Positions 11,800 through 22,812 of a stretch of DNA of 39,282 nt are shown here, piece by piece (within the stretch, counting starts at the first letter, position 1; each line of letters begins with the position of its first letter). The stretch is from Octopus sinensis (taxonomy: Eukaryota), in assembly GCF_006345805.1 (NCBI RefSeq), contig NW_021835740.1:1-39282 (forward strand). The letters are read 5' to 3'. The notes beneath the pieces were generated by a model, which worked only from the letters and a program-made list of their open reading frames with translations, did no database searches and was not told the origin of the DNA. The position numbers and the translations under genes were made by a program.

Positions 11800-11995
11800 T
11801 GTGTACTGTTGGCGATTTTTTTTTGCCTCTGTCTTCCCTTCTCTGGATCTTTCCTTCTCCTATGTTTCCGACGAAGAGCTCCGCTCGAAACGTTAAACCC
11901 TCCTTCTTTCCTTCTTTCCTGAGCATCCAATAATACTATATTTGTTCCACGTCCTTGCGCTGTGTTGTTTTGTGTTTTCTTGTTTGGATTAACTT
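11800..11995 (+). mobile_element. ~190-bp repeat with best-paired minimal hammerhead-like motif (11864-11898)
   Basis: GTTT-CCGACGA-A-GAGC-TCC-GCTC-GAAA-CGTT-AAAC; homologous to 470-660 and 930-1115. Confidence 0.75.
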
Positions 11996-12076
11996 TATAT
12001 ATATATATATGTGTGTGTGTGTGGTGTGTGTGTATGTATGTATGTATGTATGTATGTATATATATATATATGTATA

Positions 12077-12108
<32 letters not shown>

Positions 12109-12149
12109 ATATATATATATATATATATGTATGTATATATATATAATAT

Positions 12150-12214
<65 letters not shown>

Positions 12215-12379
12215 CAAAATGAGAAAATGGAGAAATATATCTAAATCAATCATCAACCATCTGATAATACCCAATCAATACTTTATTAAACCATTACACA
12301 ATAGCAATGATATTATACATTAATACAGTACAAATATAACAAGACATAGAAATAGAAATAGAAATACATTTACATTGTA

Positions 12380-12490
12380 GCTGACAGCTGTTTCGGCCGT
12401 GAAGACAGGTATGTCCCATTTAACCTATTAGCCATATAAAGCAGGTATAAATGAGACATTAACAAGAATATCTCACGGCCTCTTCAGAGA
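12380..12490 (-). ncRNA. Type I hammerhead ribozyme candidate (Penelope-like minimal form)
   Basis: Canonical core CTGAAGA (12487-81), perfect 8-bp stem II GGCCGTGA/TCACGGCC around a ~70-nt loop, GAAA, palindromic stem III ACAGCTGT, GUC site; stem I only 2 bp; AATAAA ~95 nt downstream. Confidence 0.6.
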
Positions 12491-12949
12491 ATTTAATGCA
12501 AGTATGAAAAAAATTTACATATAAATATAAATATGTGTGCATACACACTCATATTCTTACATATATATATATACACAATAATACAATATAAACAATATAC
12601 ATCAATATACATCAACAAACACAATAATGTTTGGAACAAATGATTTTAATGATTAAAATGGAAAAAAATCAGATGCAGAACTTTTTTACTTTGGTAAATT
12701 TTCAGAAAATCTTTGCGAATTTTGTGTTCTACACTCGCAAATTTACACGACTATGAAGAGAAAAAAATATACTAAATTTTTTAAGCCCCTCCCTCTGCCC
12801 ATAAATCCTAAAAGTTCTACTCCTTTTCGAATTTTCTGTTTTTCATTTCTCGCTTAAATCCCTGCAATGGACTGCCTGTGAGTGCATCATCATTCTATTA
12901 AATATGTTTATTGGGGTGGCAGGAATATTGAAATAATACATAAATATAT

Positions 12950-13333
12950 GGAAGCACTCCGTCGGTTACGACGACGAGGATTCCGGTTGATCCGATCAAC
13001 GGAACAGCCTGCTCGTGAAATTAACGTGTAAGTGGCTGAGCACTCCACAGACACGTGTACCCTTAACGTAGTTCTCGGGGATATTCAGCGTGACACAAGG
13101 GAGTGACAAGGCCGGCCCTTTGAAATACAGGCACAACAGAAACAGGAAGTAAGAGTGAGAGAAAGTTGTGGTGAAAGAGTACAGCAGGGATTACCACCAC
13201 CCCCTGCCGGAGCCTCGTGGAGCTTTAGGTGTTTTCGTTCAATAAACACTCACAACGCCCGGTCTGGGAATCGAAACCGCGATCCTACGACCGCGAGTCC
13301 GCTGCCCTAACCACTGGGCCATTGCGCCTCCAC
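12950..13333 (-). mobile_element. tRNA-derived SINE, S3 head with X-type tail
   Basis: GGCGCAATGGCCCAGTGGTTAGG (A-box-like) and GGTTTCGATTCCC (B-box-like); first ~195 nt shared with 24598-24793. Confidence 0.88.
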
Positions 13334-13580
13334 ACATAAATATATGTAAGGCAAAGAAACAAGGAAGGTGTCAGGTGGCTGTGAGATGTGCTAAAGATAA
13401 TAGCTACATCGCTCTTAAATCATACACACTTTTTTTGTGTGTATAATTGTATGAATTCCCGTTTGAAGAAGAGGAATTTGCAAACATTTTCTGACAATTC
13501 CAAAATATAAGCAAAATTTCGAGAGTTTTATATGGGGTGTTTAAACCAGAATTCCATCTGAGTTATTATTTTGTGTATGA

Positions 13581-13917
13581 AGGCGCATGACTCAGTGGTT
13601 AGAGCGTTGAGCTTACGATCGTGACGTTGTGAGCTCGAATACCGGACCAGGCTGCGTGTTGTGTTCCCGAGCAAGACACTTTATTTCACGTTGCTCCTGA
13701 TCACTCAGCTGTAGAAATGAGTTGCGACGTCAGAGGTGTCAAGCTGTATCGGCCCCTTTGCCTTTCCCTTGGATAACACTGGTGGCACGGAGAGGGGAGG
13801 CCGGTATGCATGGGTGACTGCTGGTCTTCCATAAGACAACCTTGCCCGGACTTATGCCTGGGAGAGTAACTCTCTAGGTGCAATCCCATGGTCTGTGTCG
13901 TGACTGAAGGGGGTCTC
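13581..13917 (+). mobile_element. tRNA-derived SINE, S4 head with Y-type tail
   Basis: GGCGCATGACTCAGTGGTTAGAGC A-box-like head, GCTCGAATACC B-box-like, core GCAAGACACTTTATTTCACGTTGCTC...CACTCAGCTGTAGAAATGAG shared with 7500-7600 and 35790-35850. Confidence 0.8.
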
Positions 13918-14069
13918 AGATATTATTTTGTTTAATAATATGAAGTTTAATTATTTAACTTTACGCCCTAATGACCATATAAGGCAACAGATGATATACA
14001 TGAAAGTGCGTGTATAACACACGCACGTACGCCCACACATGAACACATAGATGCATACATACACACACA

Positions 14070-14352
<283 letters not shown>

Positions 14353-15130
14353 GTAGGAGACGAAAAGAGAGAGCCAGTGATAAAAGAAAATACAGAGCAA
14401 TCTGATTGGATGTTGTCTTGGGTGGGATACATAGTGTCATTTAAAATGACTAATTCCTTTAATGAATAAATACAAACTGTTACTCCTATCATATAAAGTC
14501 GTCAGCCCACACGTTTATCAGTTGTTACTGACATTTCCTGATATAATAATAATAATTCCTGGATCAATAGGGGAAAAAAGAAAAGAAACACACATTAATG
14601 CGTGAACATTTTTCTCAGATCTGAATATTTAAACATTTTTATCTTGGTAAATTTCTTCTGACTTTAAAACTGGTTACCTCAACCTCCATTTGTACCTTAC
14701 GGTGTTTTGCAGTTAAGACAATCATAAACCGATAAGAAATGAAGAAATGAGAATATAGACTAGATTATTGCATGCGTGCTACTACTAAGAATATATTAAT
14801 ATATTGTCGTATTGTTTCTACCTGTTAATAATATTAATTCACCTGTTTTTTCACATGAATATAATGACGTTGAAAGATGTAGCAGTTATTTTACGAAACG
14901 GTATTTAAGCTCATTGCATCATTTAGTTCTCACATCTTGAATCTAGATGCTCTTCCGATTTTAATTAACACTGTTTATCGTTATCAAACGTAACATATTT
15001 GTTAATACCTCCTAAATAACAAGAGCTAATTAAGGAAACATTTTATGTGATAATTTCAACGACACATTCTCCTAACAAATAACTCTCCATCCTAAAATTA
15101 TATATTTTGTTAATATTCTGATGCTACAAG

Positions 15131-16963
15131 ATGACACGTGCTATATTTCGGTATTTATTACGAATTCTTGTGATTGGACTATGTTTACTAACTATAGCCT
15201 GGTTCAAAATGGATTTTATTTTTAAGAATTATTGGAAGGATCCAGTCTTTAAGATGAAACACGAAAGAAAACCTGAGCATACTTCTGATGAATATCTCAT
15301 TGATACAATCGGTTGTAATATACTAGCATTCCAGGTTCCATTAGATGATTTTGATATTAATCGTTCTCCAGTGGTATGCCCTGGTCCACCAAGGTTAACA
15401 AAAGTCGTTGGTGCAATGTTGTACGTGAACCAATCAATTAAAGCAGTTCATTACTCGGACAAAATTAAACGCTGTCAGAAGTGGAATATTAAACGAGGTG
15501 ACAACGATAATAGTATTGTTCTTGGAAAACCGATTACCTTTCATAACCAAACGAAAATTGATGCAGAGTTCAGTTTGATAAAATGTGAAGGAGTTAATAA
15601 TTCCGTGTTATATACAGATTTCCACAGTCGTATCATTGATAAAGAACATGTTCGGAAGAAGTTGAAATCTCAGTCTGGTAAAAGAGCTGAAGATCGTCCG
15701 CTTAGTGTTCTTCTTATTGGAATTGATTCAACGTCTCGCAATAGCTTCTCTAGACAAATGCCTCGTTTAAAGAAGTACCTTCTAGAAACACTAAAAGCTT
15801 ATTCGTTCCCTGGATTTACAAGGGTTGGTAAAAATACCCTACCAAATTTACTAGCATTATTATCAGGAAAATTTTTGGAGGAGACTAAGTGGCGTTCCGG
15901 CCAGGTTTATGATTCCGTGGATCTTTTATGGAAAAACTATAGTTCGAGAAATGCCATAACATTTATAGCAGAGGATGACCCCGACATAACAGCATTCAAT
16001 TATGCAGCGCGTGGTTTTCGAAAACAACCAACTGATTATTATTTTAGACCTTTGACTATTGCAATGAACAAGAACAAATTTCGGAACAAGTTCTGTGTAG
16101 GCCCCCTTCCTGAGACGGATTATGTAGAACATTATACCAAGCAGTTTTTAGAAAAGTATAAAACGTCTTTTTATTTTGCTCTCACATTTTTCACACGTTG
16201 GACGCACGATGACTTGCATGGTGCGGCTAGATGGGAAGACAAGCTTTTGGGGTTTTTTCAGTGGCTTCATCAATCAAAAACACTAAACAACACTTTACTA
16301 CTTTTCTTCGGGGATCATGGTTACCGCATGGGTGGATTTCGTACAACTGTCGCTGGAAGTCATGAAGCAAATTTACCTTTTTCATTTTTTATTGTCCCAG
16401 AATGGTTCAAGATCAAACACAAATCAAAAGCCAATTCTATTCATAGAAACCAAAATCGTCTTGTGACACTTTTCGATTTTCATGCCACTCTTTCTGAGAA
16501 TCTGAACAGAGGGGAACAAACTCGAATGATGACGAGTAACAGAAGCATCAGTCTTATGTCACCAATACCAAGTAACAGAACTTGCAAGGGAGCAGAAATA
16601 CCTGCACAATTCTGTGAGTGTTTCTCAGCAAGAAAGCAACTGAGAGTTAAAAATGTGAACGTGACCGAAGCAGCCATCGCTGTTGTGAAAACACTGAATA
16701 AACGTTTAGAAAAAGCAAAAGCGAAAAAATGCGCAAAACTGAAATTGAAAAAGGTAATACGTGCTTATAAATATAGAACTACATACTCAGTAACGTTAAA
16801 AGTGTCACCAAGTGAAGGAGTTTTCCAATCTTTGGGAGAGTATCGTGGGAAAAACTTTCACCCGTTTGGAGAAATTTTACGAATCAACATATATGGTAAC
16901 CAATCTCATTGCGTCAAAATACGTAAACTGAAACCGGTTTGCTTTTGTACGAAAACCGTTTGA
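15131..16963 (+). CDS. DUF229-family protein (alkaline phosphatase/sulfatase-like superfamily), 610 aa, predicted type II membrane anchor; paralogue A
   Basis: Uninterrupted ORF; N-terminal hydrophobic segment; motifs SVLLIGIDSTSR, RVGKNTLPN, WTHD, FFGDHG, NRTC..AEIP.QFCEC, YGNQSHC...CFC characteristic of DUF229; paralogue at 36668-38569. Confidence 0.9.
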   Translation: MTRAIFRYLLRILVIGLCLLTIAWFKMDFIFKNYWKDPVFKMKHERKPEHTSDEYLIDTIGCNILAFQVPLDDFDINRSPVVCPGPPRLTKVVGAMLYVNQSIKAVHYSDKIKRCQKWNIKRGDNDNSIVLGKPITFHNQTKIDAEFSLIKCEGVNNSVLYTDFHSRIIDKEHVRKKLKSQSGKRAEDRPLSVLLIGIDSTSRNSFSRQMPRLKKYLLETLKAYSFPGFTRVGKNTLPNLLALLSGKFLEETKWRSGQVYDSVDLLWKNYSSRNAITFIAEDDPDITAFNYAARGFRKQPTDYYFRPLTIAMNKNKFRNKFCVGPLPETDYVEHYTKQFLEKYKTSFYFALTFFTRWTHDDLHGAARWEDKLLGFFQWLHQSKTLNNTLLLFFGDHGYRMGGFRTTVAGSHEANLPFSFFIVPEWFKIKHKSKANSIHRNQNRLVTLFDFHATLSENLNRGEQTRMMTSNRSISLMSPIPSNRTCKGAEIPAQFCECFSARKQLRVKNVNVTEAAIAVVKTLNKRLEKAKAKKCAKLKLKKVIRAYKYRTTYSVTLKVSPSEGVFQSLGEYRGKNFHPFGEILRINIYGNQSHCVKIRKLKPVCFCTKTV

Positions 16964-17390
16964 TTTCTATTTAATCGTCTTTTCTACATTCGTTCATATA
17001 ACTTATTAAATGTTTTCTTAAAGGTTTCCAGCATCAAACTAAACACATGTAACATAATAACCATTGATCCAAATAACAATTAATTATATACCCTCTTCTA
17101 TAAACAGCCAGAATTGCCTATAAAATATTGTACTCATAAAACGGGTGTCATCGACTTTAGGAATAGGTATCACAAACTCGTTGAGACGGAAAATGGGATA
17201 TGAACTAGTTGACTGATTCCGTTTGAGAAAGAATCTTTTGTTCACAATATTTGATTATTTACATTTATGTCCTACATTTCCATGAGCCTTTTCTGGTGGG
17301 ATTTTACTTGTACTTTTCTCAATAAGGTCATGATAACTATTCCGAATGTCCGCCAATAAGCTGCTTTGCGCCCGTTTCGCGAGTGCAAAC

Positions 17391-17552
17391 TCTGATATCC
17401 TCTTAATATCTTGCGATATCCCATGATATCCTCCTGCATCCTCTGATACCCTCTGGCATTCTCTGATATCCTCTGATATTTTGTGATATTCTCTAGTAAT
17501 CTCTGATTCCCTGTGGTATCCTCTCACTTCCTCTGGTATCCTGCAGATATCT
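17391..17552. repeat. Degenerate 10-bp minisatellite, consensus CTCTGATATC (~16 units)
   Basis: CTCTGATACC, CTCTGGCATT, CTCTGATATC, CTCTGATATT, TTGTGATATT... in strict 10-bp phase. Confidence 0.85.
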
Positions 17553-17778
17553 GTTATACACTTCATCCTCAGACTATTTACAAATAAATTATGCTAATGT
17601 CTCAGAATCATTGAATACATTTAAAACAAACAGCTTGTGGACGATCTGCCTGGGGTTAAACTAGTAGTAACATTCAACAGCTACTTTGATGTAGCGATTG
17701 GCTTTGATCTCTTACTACATTGATCTCTTCTTGAGATTTTTCTACTAGCCATTTTGCTTGTTCCAAATTATGAGATGT

Positions 17779-18010
<232 letters not shown>

Positions 18011-18522
18011 GTAATTGAATAAGGTGGAGTCAACATTCATTTGTAATCACTACAACTGTTTCCACGCAATGTAGTTCTCCAGTTTTGCAGTTATTTGGTT
18101 ATGTAACCGTTTCTCTGCATTAAGAAATCTTGTGTTCCATCACCTGATGAAACATAACTCCTGATGAAACAAAACAACATCTCATAGGTCACGAACTCCT
18201 CATCAGTTATCGGCCACAGGGTCAAACGCTGTTTTGAAATTTTTAACGATAATAGTGGACCCTTCTTGTGGTTCCGGCACAAGAGGCTGTCAGGAAATAG
18301 GACCAAAAAGATAACAGGTCGAGGGCGAACAAACAATAAATGGATAAACAAGCTATACATAAGTGGACATACGAACATGCATAGATGTGACTCAAGACTT
18401 GACCATTAGTGGACGGACGAGGGACAAAGACGAAATATTATGAACAGAATACAGTCTTAGGGCCACACAGAGACGAAAGTAAGGGTAACGTTGAGAGGAA
18501 AATCCTAAATTAGAAACAGAAG

Positions 18523-18646
<124 letters not shown>

Positions 18647-18721
18647 TATGTGTATACAGCATGGCCGCGGCCTTCGGGCTAAAGCATTTTAAAGGATTTT
18701 AAGGATATATATATATACTCT

Positions 18722-19126
18722 CTTTTTACTCTTTTAATTGTTTCAGTCATTTGACTGCGGCGCTGCTGGAGCACCGCCTTTAATCGAGCAACTCGACCCC
18801 GGGACTTATTCTTTTGTAAGCCCAGTACTTATTCTATCGGTCTTTTTTGCCGAACCGCTAAGTAACGGGGACATAAACACACCAGCATCGGTTGTCAAGC
18901 AATGCTAGGGGGACAAACACAGACACACAAACATATATATATATATATATATATACATATATACGACGGGCTTCTTTTCAGTTTCCGTCTATCAAATCCA
19001 CTCACAAGGCTTTGGTCGGCCGAGGTTATAGTAGAAGACACTTGCCCAAGGTGCTACGCAGTAGGACTGAACTCGGAACCATGTGGTTGGTAAACAAGCT
19101 ACTTACAACACAGTCACTCCTGCGCC

Positions 19127-19128
<2 letters not shown>
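18722..19128 (-). mobile_element. Full-length S1 SINE
   Basis: Head AGGCGCAGGAGTGACTGTG..., internal microsatellite and CTTTTACT tail; aligns with 2094-2521 and 26260-26707. Confidence 0.9.
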
Positions 19129-19159
<31 letters not shown>

Positions 19160-19233
19160 ATATATATATATATATATCTATATATATATTATATATATAT
19201 ATATTATATATATATTATATATATATATATATA

Positions 19234-20056
19234 TATAATTAATTTTATTGTATCGCATTTATCTTTGTTTACATATTCTCTCGATAAATTTCTGACCGTT
19301 AGACGATATACCACAATCCCCTATTTTGTCGGGTTTGTTCGGAGTCTGCGCAGTGTTTTGAATAGTTTAGAAAGAGCATTTCGATAGACGCACATGGATC
19401 TATTGGTATGGTCTTTCCATCGTTAACAGGAATCTTACTGAAGAGCCAGCCTGAGTAAATAAATACTATTTTTATTACTGAATTTGGCGAATAAGAAAAG
19501 TTAAGTTTGTAAAAGTTTTTAATTCTCATCTCACTAAATTTATCCAGCTATTGTGTATCTAGTACACTCTTCGCCTTGAATGTAATGATATATGTATAAT
19601 ATATGGCGTGTACTGGTACACCGGCGATTATAATTAATTTTATTGTATCGCATTTATCTTTGTTTATATATTCTCTCGATAAATTTCTGACCGTTAGACG
19701 ATATACCACAATCCCCTATTTTGTCGGGTTTGTTCGGAGTCTGCGCAGTGTTTTGAATAGTTTAGAAAGAGCATTTCGATAGACGCACATGGATCTATTG
19801 GTATGGTCTTTCCATCGTTAACAGGAATCTTACTGAAGAGCCAGCCTGAGTAAATAAATACTATTTTTATTACTGAATTTGGCGAATAAGAAAAGTTAAG
19901 TTTGTAAAAGTTTTTAATTCTCATCTCACTAAATTTATCCAGCTATTGTGTATCTAGTACACTCTTCGCCTTGAATGTAATGATATATGTATAATATATG
20001 GCGTGTACTGGTACACCGGCGATTATAATTAATTTTATTGTATCGCATTTATCTTT

Positions 20057-20061
<5 letters not shown>
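19234..20061. repeat. 395-bp tandem repeat, 2.1 copies, between (TA)n tracts
   Basis: Units start at 19234, 19629, 20024; identical 76-aa ORFs offset by 395. Confidence 0.95.
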
Positions 20062-20097
<36 letters not shown>

Positions 20098-20098
<1 letters not shown>

Positions 20099-20620
20099 TA
20101 GCATTAAAGACCTGTCGTTGCCGGGTCATAGTGCTAGTGTATGTATATATGTGTATATATATGTGTACATATTACATGTACATCTATATATACATCTACA
20201 CATGAAATACAAAACACAAAGTTATATCTTGAAAACGCTAGTGATAACAATACTCAAAATATATAACAGACTGGAATTGTTAGCCCGTCTCTTGTAATTT
20301 CGATCAATTGTATCTTGTCTTCCCTCTTGTATACAAGTGTGGCTACAATCCAGCATACCTCTACTTCTGGCGCGGGGTACATTTTAAATTTTCTTCCGGG
20401 ACGTCCTACGTCCCAGATATAAAGGTAGAAGTAAAATATTTCCACTTTGCAAGTTCGAGTCGAGTACTCCCTTGCACGCTCCGTTAACTCGAACCTTGCT
20501 TCTATTGTGGCGAATTTACCGCCTCTGATTAGATACCTTTCATAGTCGCACTAAGACACTTTTCGAAGGTGCTTTCCTCTATGTGTTCAAATCTTCTTTT
20601 TTCTCTACATTGTATACTTT
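20098..20620 (-). mobile_element. Helitron-like element, family 2 (3' end present; 5' limit uncertain)
   Basis: Minus strand ends GACCCGGCAACGACAGGTC hairpin + TTTAATG + CTAG|T; body homologous to 6050-6260. Confidence 0.55.
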
Positions 20621-20629
20621 ATAGACAAT

Positions 20630-21030
20630 AGTTTTTCCTAGCGGTGTCATATGAAATTGTCACCCATAATTATGACCCTAGTATCGATCTATTGCATTTC
20701 AATCTGTTTTAGATTTAGGGTTAGTTAGGGTTAGGGGTGGGGGGAGGGTATCTTTTTTTCTTCACAAATGTAAATAAACCCAATCTGTTTCTTAAACGAG
20801 GGACATATTCATACGACACAGAATGATTTTACCTCAATGGACGTCATTGATTGGTTGAAATTGCAGAAATTGATGAAAAAACAACAAATATCTTACAAAC
20901 TATAGAATTTTCTCAATAAAGCCAAGAGAAAAAGATGTTTTATAGACACATTCTATCAGTATACGAAGTTTAAATTTTTTTAGTTATTTAGAAATTATGT
21001 TAAAAACTGCCGTTCAAACCGAAAAGATCC
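20630..21030. mobile_element. MITE containing TTAGGG-like repeats (left TIR truncated)
   Basis: Aligns end to end with 33700-34100; right TIR AAAAACTGCCGTTCAAACCGAAAAGATCC. Confidence 0.85.
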
Positions 21031-21501
21031 GTAGAATGTAATCTTTAGCCATTTAGAATCAAATCTACTGGGAGTTGCCAACAGGTTTCTAGTTAATGAA
21101 GAGGAATCAATCAATGTCAGACAATCTACTAGACTCTCAATATACTGTAATCATATAGGTACAATGATACTAATAACCTGATGTTAGAATTCATTGTACA
21201 TAAGCTTCAGAGAAAACGGTAGGCGAGTACAGATCGTAGTAAATTGTATAAATGACAAAGGAACATGAAAATATGTGATGTACTTCACTAGCTTACAGAT
21301 GTTTCTGCTGTCGAGTGCAGTGCACTCATAGTTGAGTGCTTGTGCATCATGTCGTAGTTTCGTCGGAGCTTTAAAAATTATACAAGCATGTATACATACG
21401 TATTATGCATATATGTAAGAATATATGTATGTACGTATGTACGTATGTATGTATGTATGTATGTATGTATGTATGTATGTATGTATGTATGTATGTATGT
21501 A

Positions 21502-21536
<35 letters not shown>

Positions 21537-21685
21537 ATGTATGTGTGTATGTATCTATGTGTGTATGTATGTATCAGTGCTTCCTAAGCCTTTCAAACTA
21601 GCTTTTACGAGCCCAAAATGATTTTTCAATAGAGGCTTCATCTTTCTTTTTCAGCAACTCGTCGTATAAACATTTGATTTCATTA

Positions 21686-21715
21686 TTTAATTATTATTAA
21701 TCATTATTATTATCA

Positions 21716-21749
<34 letters not shown>

Positions 21750-21751
21750 CA

Positions 21752-21813
<62 letters not shown>

Positions 21814-22050
21814 GTTATTTTCTTTTTATCAGGGGTTTTGTTGGAGCTCCTGAAGTCTTGCATGCGTAGCGGGTTATCTACCTGCACCCTGCAGTACCGT
21901 TCTTTTCGGCTATCTATTACTTTCCTGATTATTCTGACCGTGCCAAGGAGCCAAATCTTTTTTGTAACAGTTCTACTGGGCACTCTATTTCTTTTATAAT
22001 CCTCTTGATGCCTTCTGATACTATTTCCAACCACCCAACAATAACTGACA
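21686..22050 (-). mobile_element. 3' end of R4/Dong-like (RLE) LINE joined to (TAA)n
   Basis: KIWLLGTVRIIRKVIDS matches the C-terminal LLGTARILR motif; short 3' UTR then (AAT)n at 21690-21815. Confidence 0.6.
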
Positions 22051-22227
22051 CTAGCTTCACTTTCATCCTTTTTTCCTTAGCCGGGCTATTTCGTACTTAA
22101 GAGGGTTGTATCTATCTTTTCGTCTTCTTTCTTGTCTATTCGAGGGTCAAAGAGGCAACATCGACTATATAGCATATGTGGTGCACCATGTCCACCGCCT
22201 CCATGTCCGGTCTGTTATGCTCTAGCA

Positions 22228-22500
22228 CAAGGGTTCCCAACCTTATTTTGCTTGTGGGCCCCCTGGGAGCTTATCATCTATGGACCCCATATATGCACAT
22301 ATAAATTTCTGAAATAAAATATTTGTTTGTAGGTTAGTAAAAACTAACAATGAAACAATTTCGTTATGTTCATAATAAATTCTAAATACAAATCTTGAAA
22401 ATTTCAATAAATTCAGGTACCTCTCCTGGAAAACAAAATTTATATATGGACCCACAAATCACAATTTTTTACTCGTGGGCTCCCTGGTTGGGAACCTCTG
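22228..22500. mobile_element. hAT-type MITE (273 bp)
   Basis: TIRs CAAGGGTTCCCAACC / GGTTGGGAACCTCTG; exact 8-bp TSD CTCTAGCA at 22220-27 and 22501-08. Confidence 0.92.
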
Positions 22501-22514
22501 CTCTAGCACCTGAT

Positions 22515-22705
22515 CTGGCAGAATCGTTAGCACACCGGGCGAAATGCTTAGCGGTATTTCGTCTGCCGCTACGTTCTGAGTTCAAATTCCGCCGAGGTCG
22601 ACTTTGCCTTTCATCCTTTCGGAGTCGATAAATTAAGTACCAGTTGTGTACTGGGGTTGATGTAATCGAATAGTCCCCTTTGAGGTCTTACGCCTCCAGT
22701 AGAAA
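22515..22705 (+). mobile_element. SINE family S2 (truncated)
   Basis: CTGGCAGAATCGTTAGCAC...GTTCTGAGTTCAAATTCCGCCGAGGTCGAC shared with 25307-25783, 33197-33429. Confidence 0.85.
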
Positions 22706-22734
22706 GGATTCTTCTTCTTCTTCTTCTTCTTCTT

Positions 22735-22735
22735 A

Positions 22736-22812
<77 letters not shown>

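Noticed and set aside
13260-13333. tRNA-like heads (also 13581-13650, 24598-24670) as tRNA genes
   Set aside because: No complete cloverleaf or acceptor stem; they continue into SINE bodies present in multiple copies.
16480-16677. Conserved antisense ORF repeated at 36945-37142
   Set aside because: Shadow frame of the near-identical DUF229 blocks; its conservation is explained by the sense gene.
15131-16963. Single-ORF DUF229 genes as horizontal transfer or retrocopies
   Set aside because: DUF229 is a known invertebrate-expanded family; no poly-A or TSD scar is seen, and lack of introns in the CDS alone is not evidence.
18060-18215. Three CTGATGA motifs and a GAAACAGTTGTA segment suggesting hammerheads
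   Set aside because: The motifs are not arranged with a pairable stem II or stem I on either strand; at most a decayed relic.
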